Below are positions 39,857 through 51,560 of a stretch of DNA of 64,000 nt, in pieces (within the stretch, counting starts at the first letter, position 1; the number at the start of each line of letters is the position of its first letter). Position numbers and translations under genes: made by a program. Origin of the DNA: Octopus vulgaris (lineage: Eukaryota); NCBI GenBank assembly GCA_951406725.2, contig OX597826.1:80724001-80788000 (forward strand), written 5' to 3'. The notes under the pieces were generated by a model, which was not told the origin of the DNA, did no database searches, and saw nothing but the letters and a program-made list of their open reading frames with translations.

Positions 39857-40160
39857 ACCTTATCTGTGTAATTATTTCTTGATTTCTTTAAACCATCTCC
39901 CTTCTCTGATATTACCATTAGGTTTTTGTGTTCTTTCTCCACATTTCAGTGCATTGGAATTTCTCTGTGTCATTCAGTACATCATCGCCCATCCGAAGTA
40001 TACGATATATAAGTGTGTGGATGTGTACACTTGTTCGTTGGTTATTCTTAATTTTCCAGTATTTCGTTTCTTCAAAATAAAATGCATACACTATTTCATA
40101 TTCACTTTTGGCCTAAGACCTCATTAAATACTTACTGAGGTCTTAGGCCAACAGTGACTT

Positions 40161-40220
40161 GGGGTCTGACGATACGCCATAAATTAAACCCTTTATGGAT
40201 GGGAAACCCAAGGTAACCCC
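40161..40220 (+). ncRNA. Type I hammerhead ribozyme fold with canonical core
   Basis: GGGGT-CTGACGA-tacgCCATAAA(ttaaaccc)TTTATGGatgg-GAA-ACC(caa)GGT-A-ACCCC. Predicted cleavage after GUA at 40215; base of stem II is imperfect. Confidence 0.75.
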
Positions 40221-40234
40221 GTAAACTGGCCTTC

Positions 40235-40292
<58 letters not shown>

Positions 40293-40315
40293 TTAAAAGC
40301 AGCAGAAATATCACA

Positions 40316-40361
40316 AAAACTGTTACTCAGAGTTTCGCGTTCCCGTTCGTCGGACAGTTTT
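40316..40361 (-). ncRNA. Type I hammerhead-like fold (variant core)
   Basis: Minus strand AAAACTGT-CCGACGA-ACG(ggaa)CGC-GAAAC-TCTGAGTA-ACAGTTTT: 8-bp stem I, ACTC/GAGT stem III, GUA site. U4>C and a mismatch at the stem II base. Confidence 0.62.
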
Positions 40362-40708
40362 GTTAGAATGGAACAGAAATGACGATATCGTCTACTCTAC
40401 CTCTGGTATTTGCGTACTCTTTTTTCCACCTTTTTTCACATTTATGTACTTACTCCGGTAAATATATATATATATATATATGCACTGACGATTAAAAAGT
40501 GCATTTTGTGCACTAATTATGAAATCATATGATCTGCAGCTGAATCAGATTTTAAAAGGCTCGCTTCGAGAATTGCATTCCTTCGCATTCAGTACAATGT
40601 GTTTATTATGGTAGCTTTGACTTTAAGAGTCCCTCCTAGCGTGAGGCATTTATGTATAGTAATGCTCTTAATATAAATAAATATATTTAAAAGGAACAGT
40701 TAATAAAT

Positions 40709-40757
<49 letters not shown>

Positions 40758-40803
40758 ATATATGTATGTATGTATGTATATACACCGGCAATGATCTACG
40801 GTC

Positions 40804-41021
40804 CGGTGTAGGAGTGACTGTGTTGTAAGTAGCTTGCTTACCAAACACACGGTTCCGGGTTCAGTCCCACTGCGTGGCACCATGTGCAAGTGTCTTCTAC
40901 TTTAACCTTGGGCCGACCAAAGCCGCGTGAGTGGATTTGGTTGACGGAAACTGAAAGAAGCTCGTCGTATATGTGTGTGTGTGTATGTGTGTGTGTGTGT
41001 GTGTGCGTGTCTGTGTGTGTC

Positions 41022-41056
<35 letters not shown>

Positions 41057-41250
41057 TGTCTCTGTTTCCCCATCATCGCTTGACAACCGATGTTGGTATG
41101 TGTACGTCCCCGTTACTTAGCGGTTCGGCAAAAGTCATCGATAGAATGAATACTAAGCTTACTAAGAATAAGTCCCGGAGTTGACTTGTTCGACTAAAAA
41201 GGTGGTGCTCCAGCATGGCCGCAGTCAAATGACTAAAACAAATAAAAGAA
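40804..41250 (+). mobile_element. Family A SINE, full length
   Basis: Head to ATGACTAAAACAAATAAAAGA tail. Confidence 0.88.
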
Positions 41251-41682
41251 TACACACACACACACTCACGCACACGCATTTGGGATCGGCAGTGATCCGC
41301 GGTGCGATGGCCGGAGATCCCTGCTTTAGGGAGCTGAAGTATTTTCCGAACCCTCAAGAGAGGTTTTATTTTGCAATTTATGAAGGTGAGCGCATCAGAA
41401 GATACCATCAATGCTTATGGGGAAGGCGTGGGGGTGGGGTGGGAGAATCTAACCCTTGTAGCGACTCAGGATTTCAATTTAAGGATATGTAGGACTATGT
41501 ATGGCGCTATATATGTGCAGTACGACTACATATACTGGGGCCGATGTCGTAGGAGTAGCCTCCAAGCATGGCTACAGTTTAAATGAAACTAGTTAAACGA
41601 TATAGGGTTAATTGTTGTGAGACAACACCTTAATATGGCGTCCGAGGACTTAGGCTATATAATGAAGTACTTTGTTGACAAA

Positions 41683-41765
<83 letters not shown>

Positions 41766-41793
41766 CAACAACAATAATAATAACAACAATAAT

Positions 41794-42352
41794 AAATGCC
41801 CTGATGCAGTGCCGGACTATGGCTCTCATGGCTCCTGATCTTAACTGAATTTGAAGTGTTATCATGTACATTGTTTTGTCTTGGTATAAAAGATGGGCTA
41901 CAGCAAATATTCTGCTCAATACCAGAGATTTGCTTGTCAGTTGTTTGACCTTAACCAGTTGAGCATCTCCCTTGGTGGCTGACGATATGTGCATCTCTGA
42001 TCACGAGCAGAAGTAGTGGGGGAGCATCATAGCCGTGTGGTGAAAGGAATTCTTGGAGGTTTGGATAATTCACCATTGGAAACATGGGTGGTTCATTCAA
42101 TATCCTTAAACAATCCTTATTCAGGGACCTTTTGAGCAGGCTAGGCTACTCGACCAGAAGAAAATTCTAACTGGGCCCCACCTGCAAGGTCATGTGTTGT
42201 TAATCTTGATATGAGATCACCATGTCGCGCACACATGGTTGTGATGCATGTGCCTGGTGTACCCTTATCAGACAGGTAGTCATGATGGGTATACTGGGAT
42301 TCGTATATTTTACCCAAGTGTCACTTTGATGGCATGCACTGCTCTCTCACTC
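41794..42352. repeat. Probable interspersed repeat embedded in (AAT)n
   Basis: GC-richer ~560-bp block with (AAT)n tracts on both sides; class not identified. Confidence 0.45.
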
Positions 42353-42397
<45 letters not shown>

Positions 42398-42812
42398 CAT
42401 AATAATAATAATACTTTCTAATATTGGCTCATGGCCAGCAATTTTGAAACGGTAAGATCATCGACTATCTCGACCCCAGTATTTAACTGGTACTTATTTC
42501 ATTGAACCTGAAAGGATAAAAGACAAATTTGACCTCAGTGGAATTTGGACTCAGAAAGTGAAGAACCAGAAGGAATGCCACGATGCATTTTGTCCGATTC
42601 ACTAAGAATTCTGTCAGATAATGATATCGGCTGCAAAATACTGTTACGGCAAAATGAATGCAAAAACTGGTTCAAAATTACGAAAACGAAAATCCAATGA
42701 AACAACAGGATAAAGATTTCTAGAAAATATATATATATAGGAAGAAAAACATTGTCTGTATGAAAATCATATTTAGATTCGTCTAAAGGTTAAGAGAAGA
42801 GATAGATAGATC

Positions 42813-42850
<38 letters not shown>

Positions 42851-44934
42851 CATACATACATACATACATACATACATACATACATACATACGCTTGTTTA
42901 TATATATTCTCATATTTAATCATTAGACTCATCTAAAGGTTATAAACACGCGCGCGCGCGCATTCATGAATGACTTAAACACATTTCCGGCATCTGAAAT
43001 AGAAGTTGGATGTCTGTGCTACGGATATAGCAATGTCGGAACATGCGGTTTCCAAGAAACATCGCTAACGAACTGTCAACGTGCGTACAAAAGAGATATA
43101 TTTGATTTGGAGAATATTCCAGAAGCGAGAGAAAAACAATGTGGCTTGAAAAGACGAACGAAAAATAATGATATTAACGGAGAATTGTTATTTATAGAGG
43201 GCGCTGTGCTGTCAGAATTGGTAGATTTACGACCTAAATATTTTGAGCTATTTTATTGCATCCTTGCAAGTTCCGAGTTCAAATTTTGCCGAAGTCGACT
43301 TCGCTTTTTACTGTTTCAAGTTTTATACGATAAGTTCAAGTAATATAGATTTCAAATTTTGGCACAAGGCCAGCAATTTCGGGGCAGGGATAAATCGATT
43401 TCGTGTGACAGCAACGATGACCGCATTAATATTTATGTAAGTTTTCATATTCTTTTTGTTACCCGAAACATTTGCATTGACATATGTACAGTTATTTGAA
43501 TAAAAAAAAAACATACATGAGATAATGAATGTGATTGTTAAAAGTCTTCATTACAAAAAATATTAATTATTTGTATGAAAATCGTTCTTGGTTGTTTAAG
43601 ACAGAATAAGTAGAAAAAGTGAGAACGCCATATTGCAAAACTACCGACAGAGTTTTGTACAACACCGGAAGTTGTTCGTTCTGGCTGTTCAACATCCCAT
43701 CCTTTATAGCATCTTGTCAAAATTTTAGAACCTTCGGCAGAATCATTTGGTAAGAAAATTCACAAAATTTACTTTCCAGTCTATTGTTTATTTGGTTCCA
43801 CCCCGGCCGGTCCTGACTGGTCGAACCATGTTCATGTAGACGTTACTGCTTTTATGACGACACTGTTAATTTCTCTCGTGGCTGGCCTCTGCCTTTTCAG
43901 GGTAGTTTAGTTGCGCCGTGGTTCTAACCTGGGGATCTGAGAGAGAATCAGGGAAGCCTATTTCTAAGACCCAGCAGAGTAAATATCAACACCGAATTAC
44001 AAAAATCACAATTTCATATCATAAGTGGCAGGTGTAGCTATGTTTGTATGTAACAGAGAGTTGTCTAATATACGTATCAATGAAAACAGCCCTCCGTATT
44101 CAATGAATTTTGTGTTATGACGATTATATTAATTCGACTAAGAAAAACAAGAGTTGATTTGGAGAGCTATATTAATATTATGAATGTTATTGCTGTGAAA
44201 TCGGTAATAATACTGTGTGATCGTCAATAATACGTTCATGATAATGTGACACAATTCATTCATACGGCGTGATAATGGTAGACGAATGAAAGCTACCTTT
44301 CACAGTCAGGAAATCAGCAAAAGTCATCTGTATTAAATTTATGATAATTGTGAAGGAAGTTAATGTTTATCATCTATCAAGCCAATTCTTGTTTTGAAAA
44401 TGTGCCATCACAAATCAAGTTTAAAGAAAAAGAAAGGAAATTATTCAGCGAGATCAAAATTCATACAAAGATCAACAATCTTCAAGAAATCTCTCTTTAC
44501 TATTTTTTTTTTCTTTCTGACCAAATGATTCCATGAAGATTACTAATGTTGAAATTACAATCCAGATTTCTACAATAGCAGAAGTCTTCACTCAACAAAC
44601 GGCGACGTTTTCTGTGTTGTTCTAATGAAGTAACTTTCTTTACAAATGGCACTCTGCTCTTTCTGTTATTCAAAGAGTAAACAATATATCGAAGAGATTC
44701 ACTGAAAAGTTATTAGAACACGAATGTAGAGCTCACCAAAAGCTTTGTTATGCCAATAATTACCATTAATTGTATTTACCGAAAGCTTAGTACATTCTAC
44801 GAAGCCATACTCACGCAGAGTGATGGCTGGCTCTGATTGCATGTTAACGTACACACACGCACGCACATACATATTTTTATGTATATATATGTGTGTGTGC
44901 GCGCGCGCATGATTGTGTGTGTGCGTGTGTTTAC

Positions 44935-45600
44935 GTATGTATGTATGTATGTATGTATGTATGTATGTATGTATGTATGTATGTATGTATGCATGTATGT
45001 ATGTATGTATGTATGTATGTATGTATGTATGTATGTATGCATGTATGTATGTATGTATGTATGTATGTATGTATGTATGTATGCATGCATGTATGTATGT
45101 ATGTATGTATGTATGTATGTATGTATGTATGGGCGGAGGAACTCTTGAGAGTCAACGGCCATCCAATAAATGTCTTAAGGCTGTATCATGTATAATCGGA
45201 CTGAATACCCGAGCGCGCGGTTAAACCATTGGGAGTGAAGGACTCCTAGCCTTTGTTAGGGCATCCTTTTAGGAGAAGGTAACTCAGGTAACTGGGATAA
45301 CTCCAACATAAAACCTGCGGCTCAGTGGTTACCGAGGATGTTGACTTGTTCTTCTTTTCTAATTATGGCTGCTGTTGCTTAGTGAGTAGGATTGACTCAG
45401 TGCACAGCCTTTCCTCACTTTAAAAAAATCTTCTTGCACAGGCATTGCATGATAACAACATTGATTAAGCTTCGTGCAATGGCCATACTCGATAACGAGG
45501 GGGCAGCCACCATGTATGTATGTATGTATGTATGTATGTATGTATGTATGTATGTATGTATGTATGTATGTATGTATGGATGGATGGATGGATGGATGGA
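44935..45600. repeat. (TATG)n microsatellite split by a ~380-bp repeat with RTE-5'UTR-like motif
   Basis: TATG tracts at 44935-45130 and 45511-45600; insert contains GGGCATCCTTTTAGGAGAAGGTAACTC. Confidence 0.55.
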
Positions 45601-45620
45601 TGGATTGCTTAAAGTGATGC

Positions 45621-45672
45621 AGACACCTCTGATGAGACCCCAATAAGGTTCGAAAACTGATTACGGCTGTTC
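45621..45672 (+). ncRNA. Decayed hammerhead ribozyme motif
   Basis: CTGATGA-GACCC(caataa)GGTTC-GAAAAC with one stem II mismatch; stems I and III eroded. Confidence 0.5.
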
Positions 45673-45777
45673 ATTATTTTATTTTCAATCTTCGGAGGAA
45701 TAACTAAATTTGACCGACTCTTATAACAACTACTTGGATTACACGCAGACAAACACACACACACACGTGTCTGTGTA

Positions 45778-45824
<47 letters not shown>

Positions 45825-45937
45825 GTATACATATATATGTATAACAAGAAATAATAATGTTTGTCTCTTCTAATAGAAACAAAAGGGTTTATAGGACTTG
45901 CAAAAGAAGTGCTCAAGTATAAATGAGGCGAAGATAA

Positions 45938-46411
45938 AGAAACATTGGTTACGGAACAAACATTGAATTTGGGTCAACGACTTTACATACAACAACACTC
46001 CTCAGACACCTAATCATATATTAAAAAAAAAAACACCTTGGTTCACAAACATAAAAAATAATATCTCTACATAACACATAGAAATAATAATAATCGTAAT
46101 GCTTGTAACTAGCAGATGGAATGGGGGAAAAAGCCATTTTTAACCGGAACCTTGTCCTCGATAAAGATCTATTGGGTTTTTTGGTAGTTTTTGAATTTTT
46201 AGCCGTTTATATCTATTTTTGATAGGCCATTCTGTTTGCATTTCATTCGATTATATCCTTTTAACTTCTGTGATTTTATGAATATGTATTATTTTTTATG
46301 TGTTTGAGAACTAAGGTGTTTTTCTTTTATATATGATTAAATGTTTGAGGGGTGGTGCTGTATGTAAAGCCGTTGACCCAAATTTAATGTTTGTTCTATA
46401 ACCAATGTTTC
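45938..46411. repeat. Diverged inverted repeat (~125-bp arms)
   Basis: GAAACATTGGTTA...AAAAAATAAT (45938-46062) versus ATTATTTTTT...TAACCAATGTTTC (46287-46411). Confidence 0.75.
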
Positions 46412-46419
46412 CTATATAT

Positions 46420-46495
<76 letters not shown>

Positions 46496-46713
46496 GTAAA
46501 GAGATGACACAGTAATAACCGATTATCTTATGAACCTCATTAGCTTACAACTGTTTCCACCATAAGATGCGTTTAAGCAAACATGCAAGAAGCCATTGCT
46601 TTCCTCTGTGCGTCTGTGCTTAAAGGTATTTGTTTCCCCAAATAAATTGCATTTCATGTTTGAGGCTCTGGTAAAAACTAAGGTTTTACTCAAGCACTCA
46701 ACTATATATATGT

Positions 46714-46791
<78 letters not shown>

Positions 46792-47125
46792 ATGTATATG
46801 CATACACACACACACACACACACACACACCACACACACACACATATATATATATAGAGAGAGAGAGAAAGAAATTTACATTGAGCGTAAAAATACAATAA
46901 TTTAATAAGGAGAGAATGCATAGTTATTTTTTTAACTCGACGTCTGTTTCTGGAAGCTTGGAACATCGTAATAATCGTAATGCTCGTAATTAGCTGATGG
47001 AATGGGCAAGAAAGCCACTCTTTACCCGGGACCTAGTCTAAGCTCGAACATTTGAGCAATACATTGTGTTTTCTATACTGAGCATCTCTAGCTCTCCCCT
47101 TTTCACCATATGCATGTATATATAT

Positions 47126-47564
47126 GGTTCTGGGTTCGGTCCCACCGCGTGGCATCTTGGGCAAGTGTCTTCTACTGTAGTCTTGGGCCGATCAAAACCT
47201 TGTGAGTGGATTTGCTAAACAGAAACTGAAAGAAGCTCGTCATATAAGAGTGTGTGTGCGTGTGTGTGTGTCTGTATTTGTCTCCTCATCACCGCTTGAC
47301 AACCGGTGTTTGTGTGTTTACGTCCCCATAACTTAGCGGTTCGGCGACAGAGAGCGATAGAATAAGCACTAGGCTTAAAGAATAAGTCCTAGGTTCGATT
47401 TGTTCGACTAGAATCTTTGAAAGTGGTGCTCCAGCATGGCTGCAGTTAAATGACTGAAACAAATAAAGGAATATATATAGATAGAGAGAGTGGGGGGAGA
47501 GGGAAGGAGAGACAGACACACAAATAGATAGAGAGAAAGAGAGAGACAGACAGACAGACAGGTT

Positions 47565-47644
<80 letters not shown>

Positions 47645-47793
47645 TACGACGGGCTTTTACGCCGTTTCTGTCAGCCAAATCTACTTCTAAGGGCAATAGT
47701 AGAAGACATTTGTCCAAAATGCCACTAAGCGGGTTTGAACCCGAAGCCACGTGGTTTGCCGAGCGAACTTCTTCACGCAGCCATGTCTGCGCC
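47126..47793. mobile_element. Two family A SINEs in opposite orientation around a (GATA)n tract
   Basis: Plus copy ~47126-47470; minus head/core ~47645-47793. Confidence 0.75.
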
Positions 47794-48177
47794 TATCATC
47801 GTATTTAACTCCCTCTTTTCAAACATCTCAAGACATTTGAAAAATATATCTTATTTCAACGAATATCTGGATTCATTTGGAAATATTCTGAAATAGAAAA
47901 TAATCAAATTGAGTTAGAAATTAATCAATTGTGTGAAATATACAATATTGATATATCAATTGATATGTACCATGAAACATTCCGTTTAAAATCAATAGAG
48001 GAATCGAATATTTCTCAAATTCCAATTCCAGCAATTAAATGATTAAGCAAACCGACCGAGCTCTATTTTGAAGTATTATTCTCTGATGTAATTATAGAAC
48101 TTCACTATATTTGCTACCTACCATTTAACCATTCATAGTTGCACAAACTGGAAACTCTTTCAGTGTTTTAGCTTGTA

Positions 48178-48542
48178 CTAGCACTATGACTCGGAAACGT
48201 CGGGTCATGGTGCTAGTGTATGCATATACAGCTGCGTGAGTGCGCACATACACGCGAGTACTGTCCAAATCTCCGACCAATCACATACAGCTAGCTGGCA
48301 TTCAATTGACGTATCAAGTTTCGCGCATTTTGATTGGGTTTTGGATAGAAAATTCACAAAAAAGTCACTTCTGTTGATTTTTTTAATGGCTTTGCAGGGT
48401 GACTGGGGAAATGTAAAGATGTGCACGACCACCTTTGGACAGTTTTGAATGACCATAGAAAGTGCGAGCCCTCTAACTGAACAATTGTGGATTTGTATAA
48501 AGGATACACAGACAGACATTTTGCCGTTTATATAAATAGAGA
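48178..48542 (-). mobile_element. Non-autonomous Helitron
   Basis: Minus strand starts TC(TCTATTTATATAAACGGC..TGTCTGTCTG) and ends with hairpin GACCCGACGTTTCCGAGTC plus CTAG; sits between host A and T. Confidence 0.75.
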
Positions 48543-48752
48543 TTAAGAATGTTATGACATCGACGATGTACCAAGACAAGTTATCTGCTCCAGGGTAATC
48601 GGAATAGCTCTTGCACGTGAACTTCGTAATGACCCTGCGGCTGATCTTCCTGCTTATCGTCAAAGATGGAAACGTTCACATGTAATTACTACACCAAATA
48701 TACTTTTGACTTCGTATACACACACGCACGCACACACCCGTATATATATATA

Positions 48753-49507
48753 CGAGGGTGAGTCAAAATGTAATGTCATTTTGTTTAGGACGGGTATAAT
48801 TACCAACACAGGAACATGTATCATACATCAAAATGAAGCTGGTCTTTTGTGGCTCACATCCCTACTTCTCAACATAGTCACCGTTTCTCTCAATAGCAAA
48901 GTTCCACCTTCGAATGTATACCTGCCCCGTAAAATTCTGTTGACTGTGCTTTGAGCCACTTCACTACAGTTTTCACTTCCTCGTCAAGCCAAGAGATTCG
49001 ACAATGTTGTAAGCACTTCCATGGCTCACTTCAAGGTTTTCTGCCAACTCATTAAGAGTTATGCGCCTGTCTTCTCTGATCAGGGCATCTGCTTTTGCTT
49101 TATTGGAAGGATTCACTAATGCGGACGGACAGACGGCCAGAATGGGGTTTATCAGCTACACTCACAGTTCCCATCTTTTCATCTTACAGACGATGGTCCT
49201 ACCTGAATATATTGTTATAATCTAAAGTATTTGTCCCCAAAGACACTTTGTAATCGTCGGCGAATGTTCACAAGGGTTTCCCCCTCAGCAACAAGAAACT
49301 CAATCACTGCTCTTTGTTTTTGAAATGACTCTAAGGGGACAGCCATTTTGAATTTTCCTTACCAGTCTTAAAACCTGAAAAGTAGGAAACAAAATATTTC
49401 AGAACGTAAATGATAGAATCATTTATAACTGGGGAAAATTTCAGTTATTTTTATCAAAAACTTCACATGAAATAAAGAAAATGGCATTACTTTTTGACTC
49501 GTCCTTG
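48753..49507 (-). mobile_element. Internally deleted mariner (Tc1/mariner) transposon
   Basis: ~29-bp imperfect TIRs (CGAGGGTGAGTCAAAATGTAATGTCATTT / AAATGGCATTACTTTTTGACTCGTCCTTG) with TA flanks. Minus-strand remnant MAVPLESFQKQRAVIEFLVAEGETLVNIRRRLQSVFG and DKPHSGR...DALIREDRRITLNELAENLEVSHGSAYNIV. Confidence 0.9.
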
Positions 49508-50113
49508 TACATACTTATGTATATATGCAATCATATTTATATATTGTACATTTTATATGACTATTTGTACGCAGCACCGTACCTCTTTTCAAGTTTCCTA
49601 CAGGTCAACATCACAGAGCCGACACCGATTTCAACGGAGTAATGATCGCGAGAACATTTTTTATTTCCTCTTCGTATAATTCCTTTTGCGATAAGAAGCG
49701 TAGAAACTTATTTTGAGAACAGCTGTGATGGCACAAGATTATGGATCTCATTGGTCTATATTTACAACATGTACCGGGAAGCAGAATAAAAGATACAAAT
49801 ATTGGATTGCAAAAAGAGACAATGGCTTCACCATATTCATAATACGAACCGTCATGACATGGATACATTTAGAAAAACAATTTCATATAAAAGTTTCTAT
49901 AAATACATGAAATCGTAAATTTTTGAGACGTAACATGATCCTTTTACCCGTCTTGTGTATTGCATGAGATACACGGGACGTATTACCCCGGGGCCCAAGC
50001 ATCATATATGATATACATTCTCAATTTTTTCAACCACGTATATTCAGTATTTTTCATGTCAATGACTAAGACGAATATTCCAGCCGACAATACCAAGAAA
50101 CTCTGCCACCATC

Positions 50114-51212
50114 CATGGGCCCGGGAACAGGGGGTGCAGGGGTTGTACTTCCATCCCATAAAATTTGTGGGGTGCAAAATTCAATATGGCACGCCCTACT
50201 GACATTTCCCAGGCTTAGAAAAAAGAACAAAGAACTAAAATAAATGAAAAGAACATCCCCGCCACAAAATCCCTGGCGTAGGAGTGGCTGTGTGGTAAGT
50301 AGCTTGCTTACCAACCACATGGTCCCCGGTTCAGTTCCAATGCGTGGCACCTTGAGCAAGTGTCGTCTACTATAGTCTCGGGCCGACCAAAGCATATATA
50401 TATATATACATATATACGACGGGTTTCTTCCAATTTCCCTCTACCAAATCCACTCACAAAACAATAATTTATAAAAAAAAACATAAATCCTCGGAACTTT
50501 CCATGAAGTTTCCTACCAATTTTCCAGGAAATCCACGGAGCTTTCCAGGAAATCAACGGAGCTTTCCAGGAAATCAACGGAACTCTCCAGGAATCCCTTG
50601 GAGATTCCAACGAAATTCTCAGAACTTTTCAGGAAATCTTCGGAACTTTCCAGAAAATCCACGGAACTTTCCTACCAATTTTCCAGGAAAGTCGAGGAAA
50701 TTTCCAGGAATTGCTTGGAGATTCCAAGGAAATCTTCGAAACTTTCCAGGAAATTCTCGGAACTTTTCAGAAAATCATCAGAATTTCCAGGAAATTATCG
50801 GAACTTTCCATGAATTCCACGGATCTTTCCAGGAAATCACCAGAAGTTTCCAGGAAATCATCGGAACTGTCCAGGAAATCCTAGCTTTCCATGAAATCCT
50901 CGCAAATTTCCATGAAATCCTCGGAACTTTACAGAAAATCCTCGGAATTTTCCAGGAAACCCACGGAACTTTACAGAAAATCGTCGGATCTTTCCAGAAA
51001 ATCCTCGGAAATTTCCAGAAAATCCTCGGAGATTTCCAGGAAATCCTCAGAACTTTCCAGGAAATCACCGGCAGTTTCCAGGAAATCCTCGGAGGTCTGC
51101 GCTTTTCTAGTTATACCTGTGTTTGTTTCGATATTAAGATTGCAAAACAAAAATCTACCTTGTTTGGACCTGAGTTTGCACCCCTTAAGCAAATTTCGTT
51201 CTTGGGTCACTG
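50114..51212. mobile_element. hAT-like non-autonomous element carrying a SINE fragment and a 21-bp minisatellite
   Basis: 8-bp direct repeat CCACCATC at 50106-50113 and 51213-51220. Imperfect termini CATGGGCCCGGGAAC / GTTCTTGGGTCACTG; subterminal GGGGTGCA / TGCACCCC. Confidence 0.72.
50488..51093 (+). repeat. ~21-bp minisatellite (GGAACTTTCCAGGAAATCCTC-like)
   Basis: Roughly 28 diverged tandem units; explains the heptad-repeat ORFs in several frames. Confidence 0.92.
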
Positions 51213-51429
51213 CCACCATCTTGTGCTTCTCCCGTCGAGCAGCACAAATATTTCTGTAACTTTTATTCCGGTGATTTCTTTTCTTGGATTCTGTCTTAGA
51301 TGTACTTAAGATTAAGTTGTGTAAATTATTTCAATAATCCGCCTTACAAACCACACATTTGTCACATGATAAACCTCGTTAATGTTACATTTCCTCCCCC
51401 TTTTGGGAACTCGTATTGTTAACAACTTT

Positions 51430-51560
51430 TGTGTTATTTCCCTGTTTACTCGTCGAAAAAAGAATGGTTTTTCTTTCCCTTTTGATCGATTTCGAAAAAG
51501 CAAAATGCTACATTGTACTGTCCCCTCTGTGTTCGGCCCTGCGTGGCTAATAAAGAAATC
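51430..51560 (+). mobile_element. Second 3' UTR fragment of the same LINE family
   Basis: CATTGTACTGTCCCCTCTGTGTTCGGCCCTGCGTGGCTAATAAAGAAA matches the 59689 end. Confidence 0.6.

Noticed and set aside
44797-45224. Long MYVC/HTYI ORFs (and similar SIYL, poly-T, poly-V, poly-N ORFs elsewhere)
   Set aside because: Translations of microsatellites.
50503-51309. 268-aa ORF with heptad repeats
   Set aside because: Product of a 21-bp minisatellite open in multiple frames and strands inside a MITE; no domain recognised.
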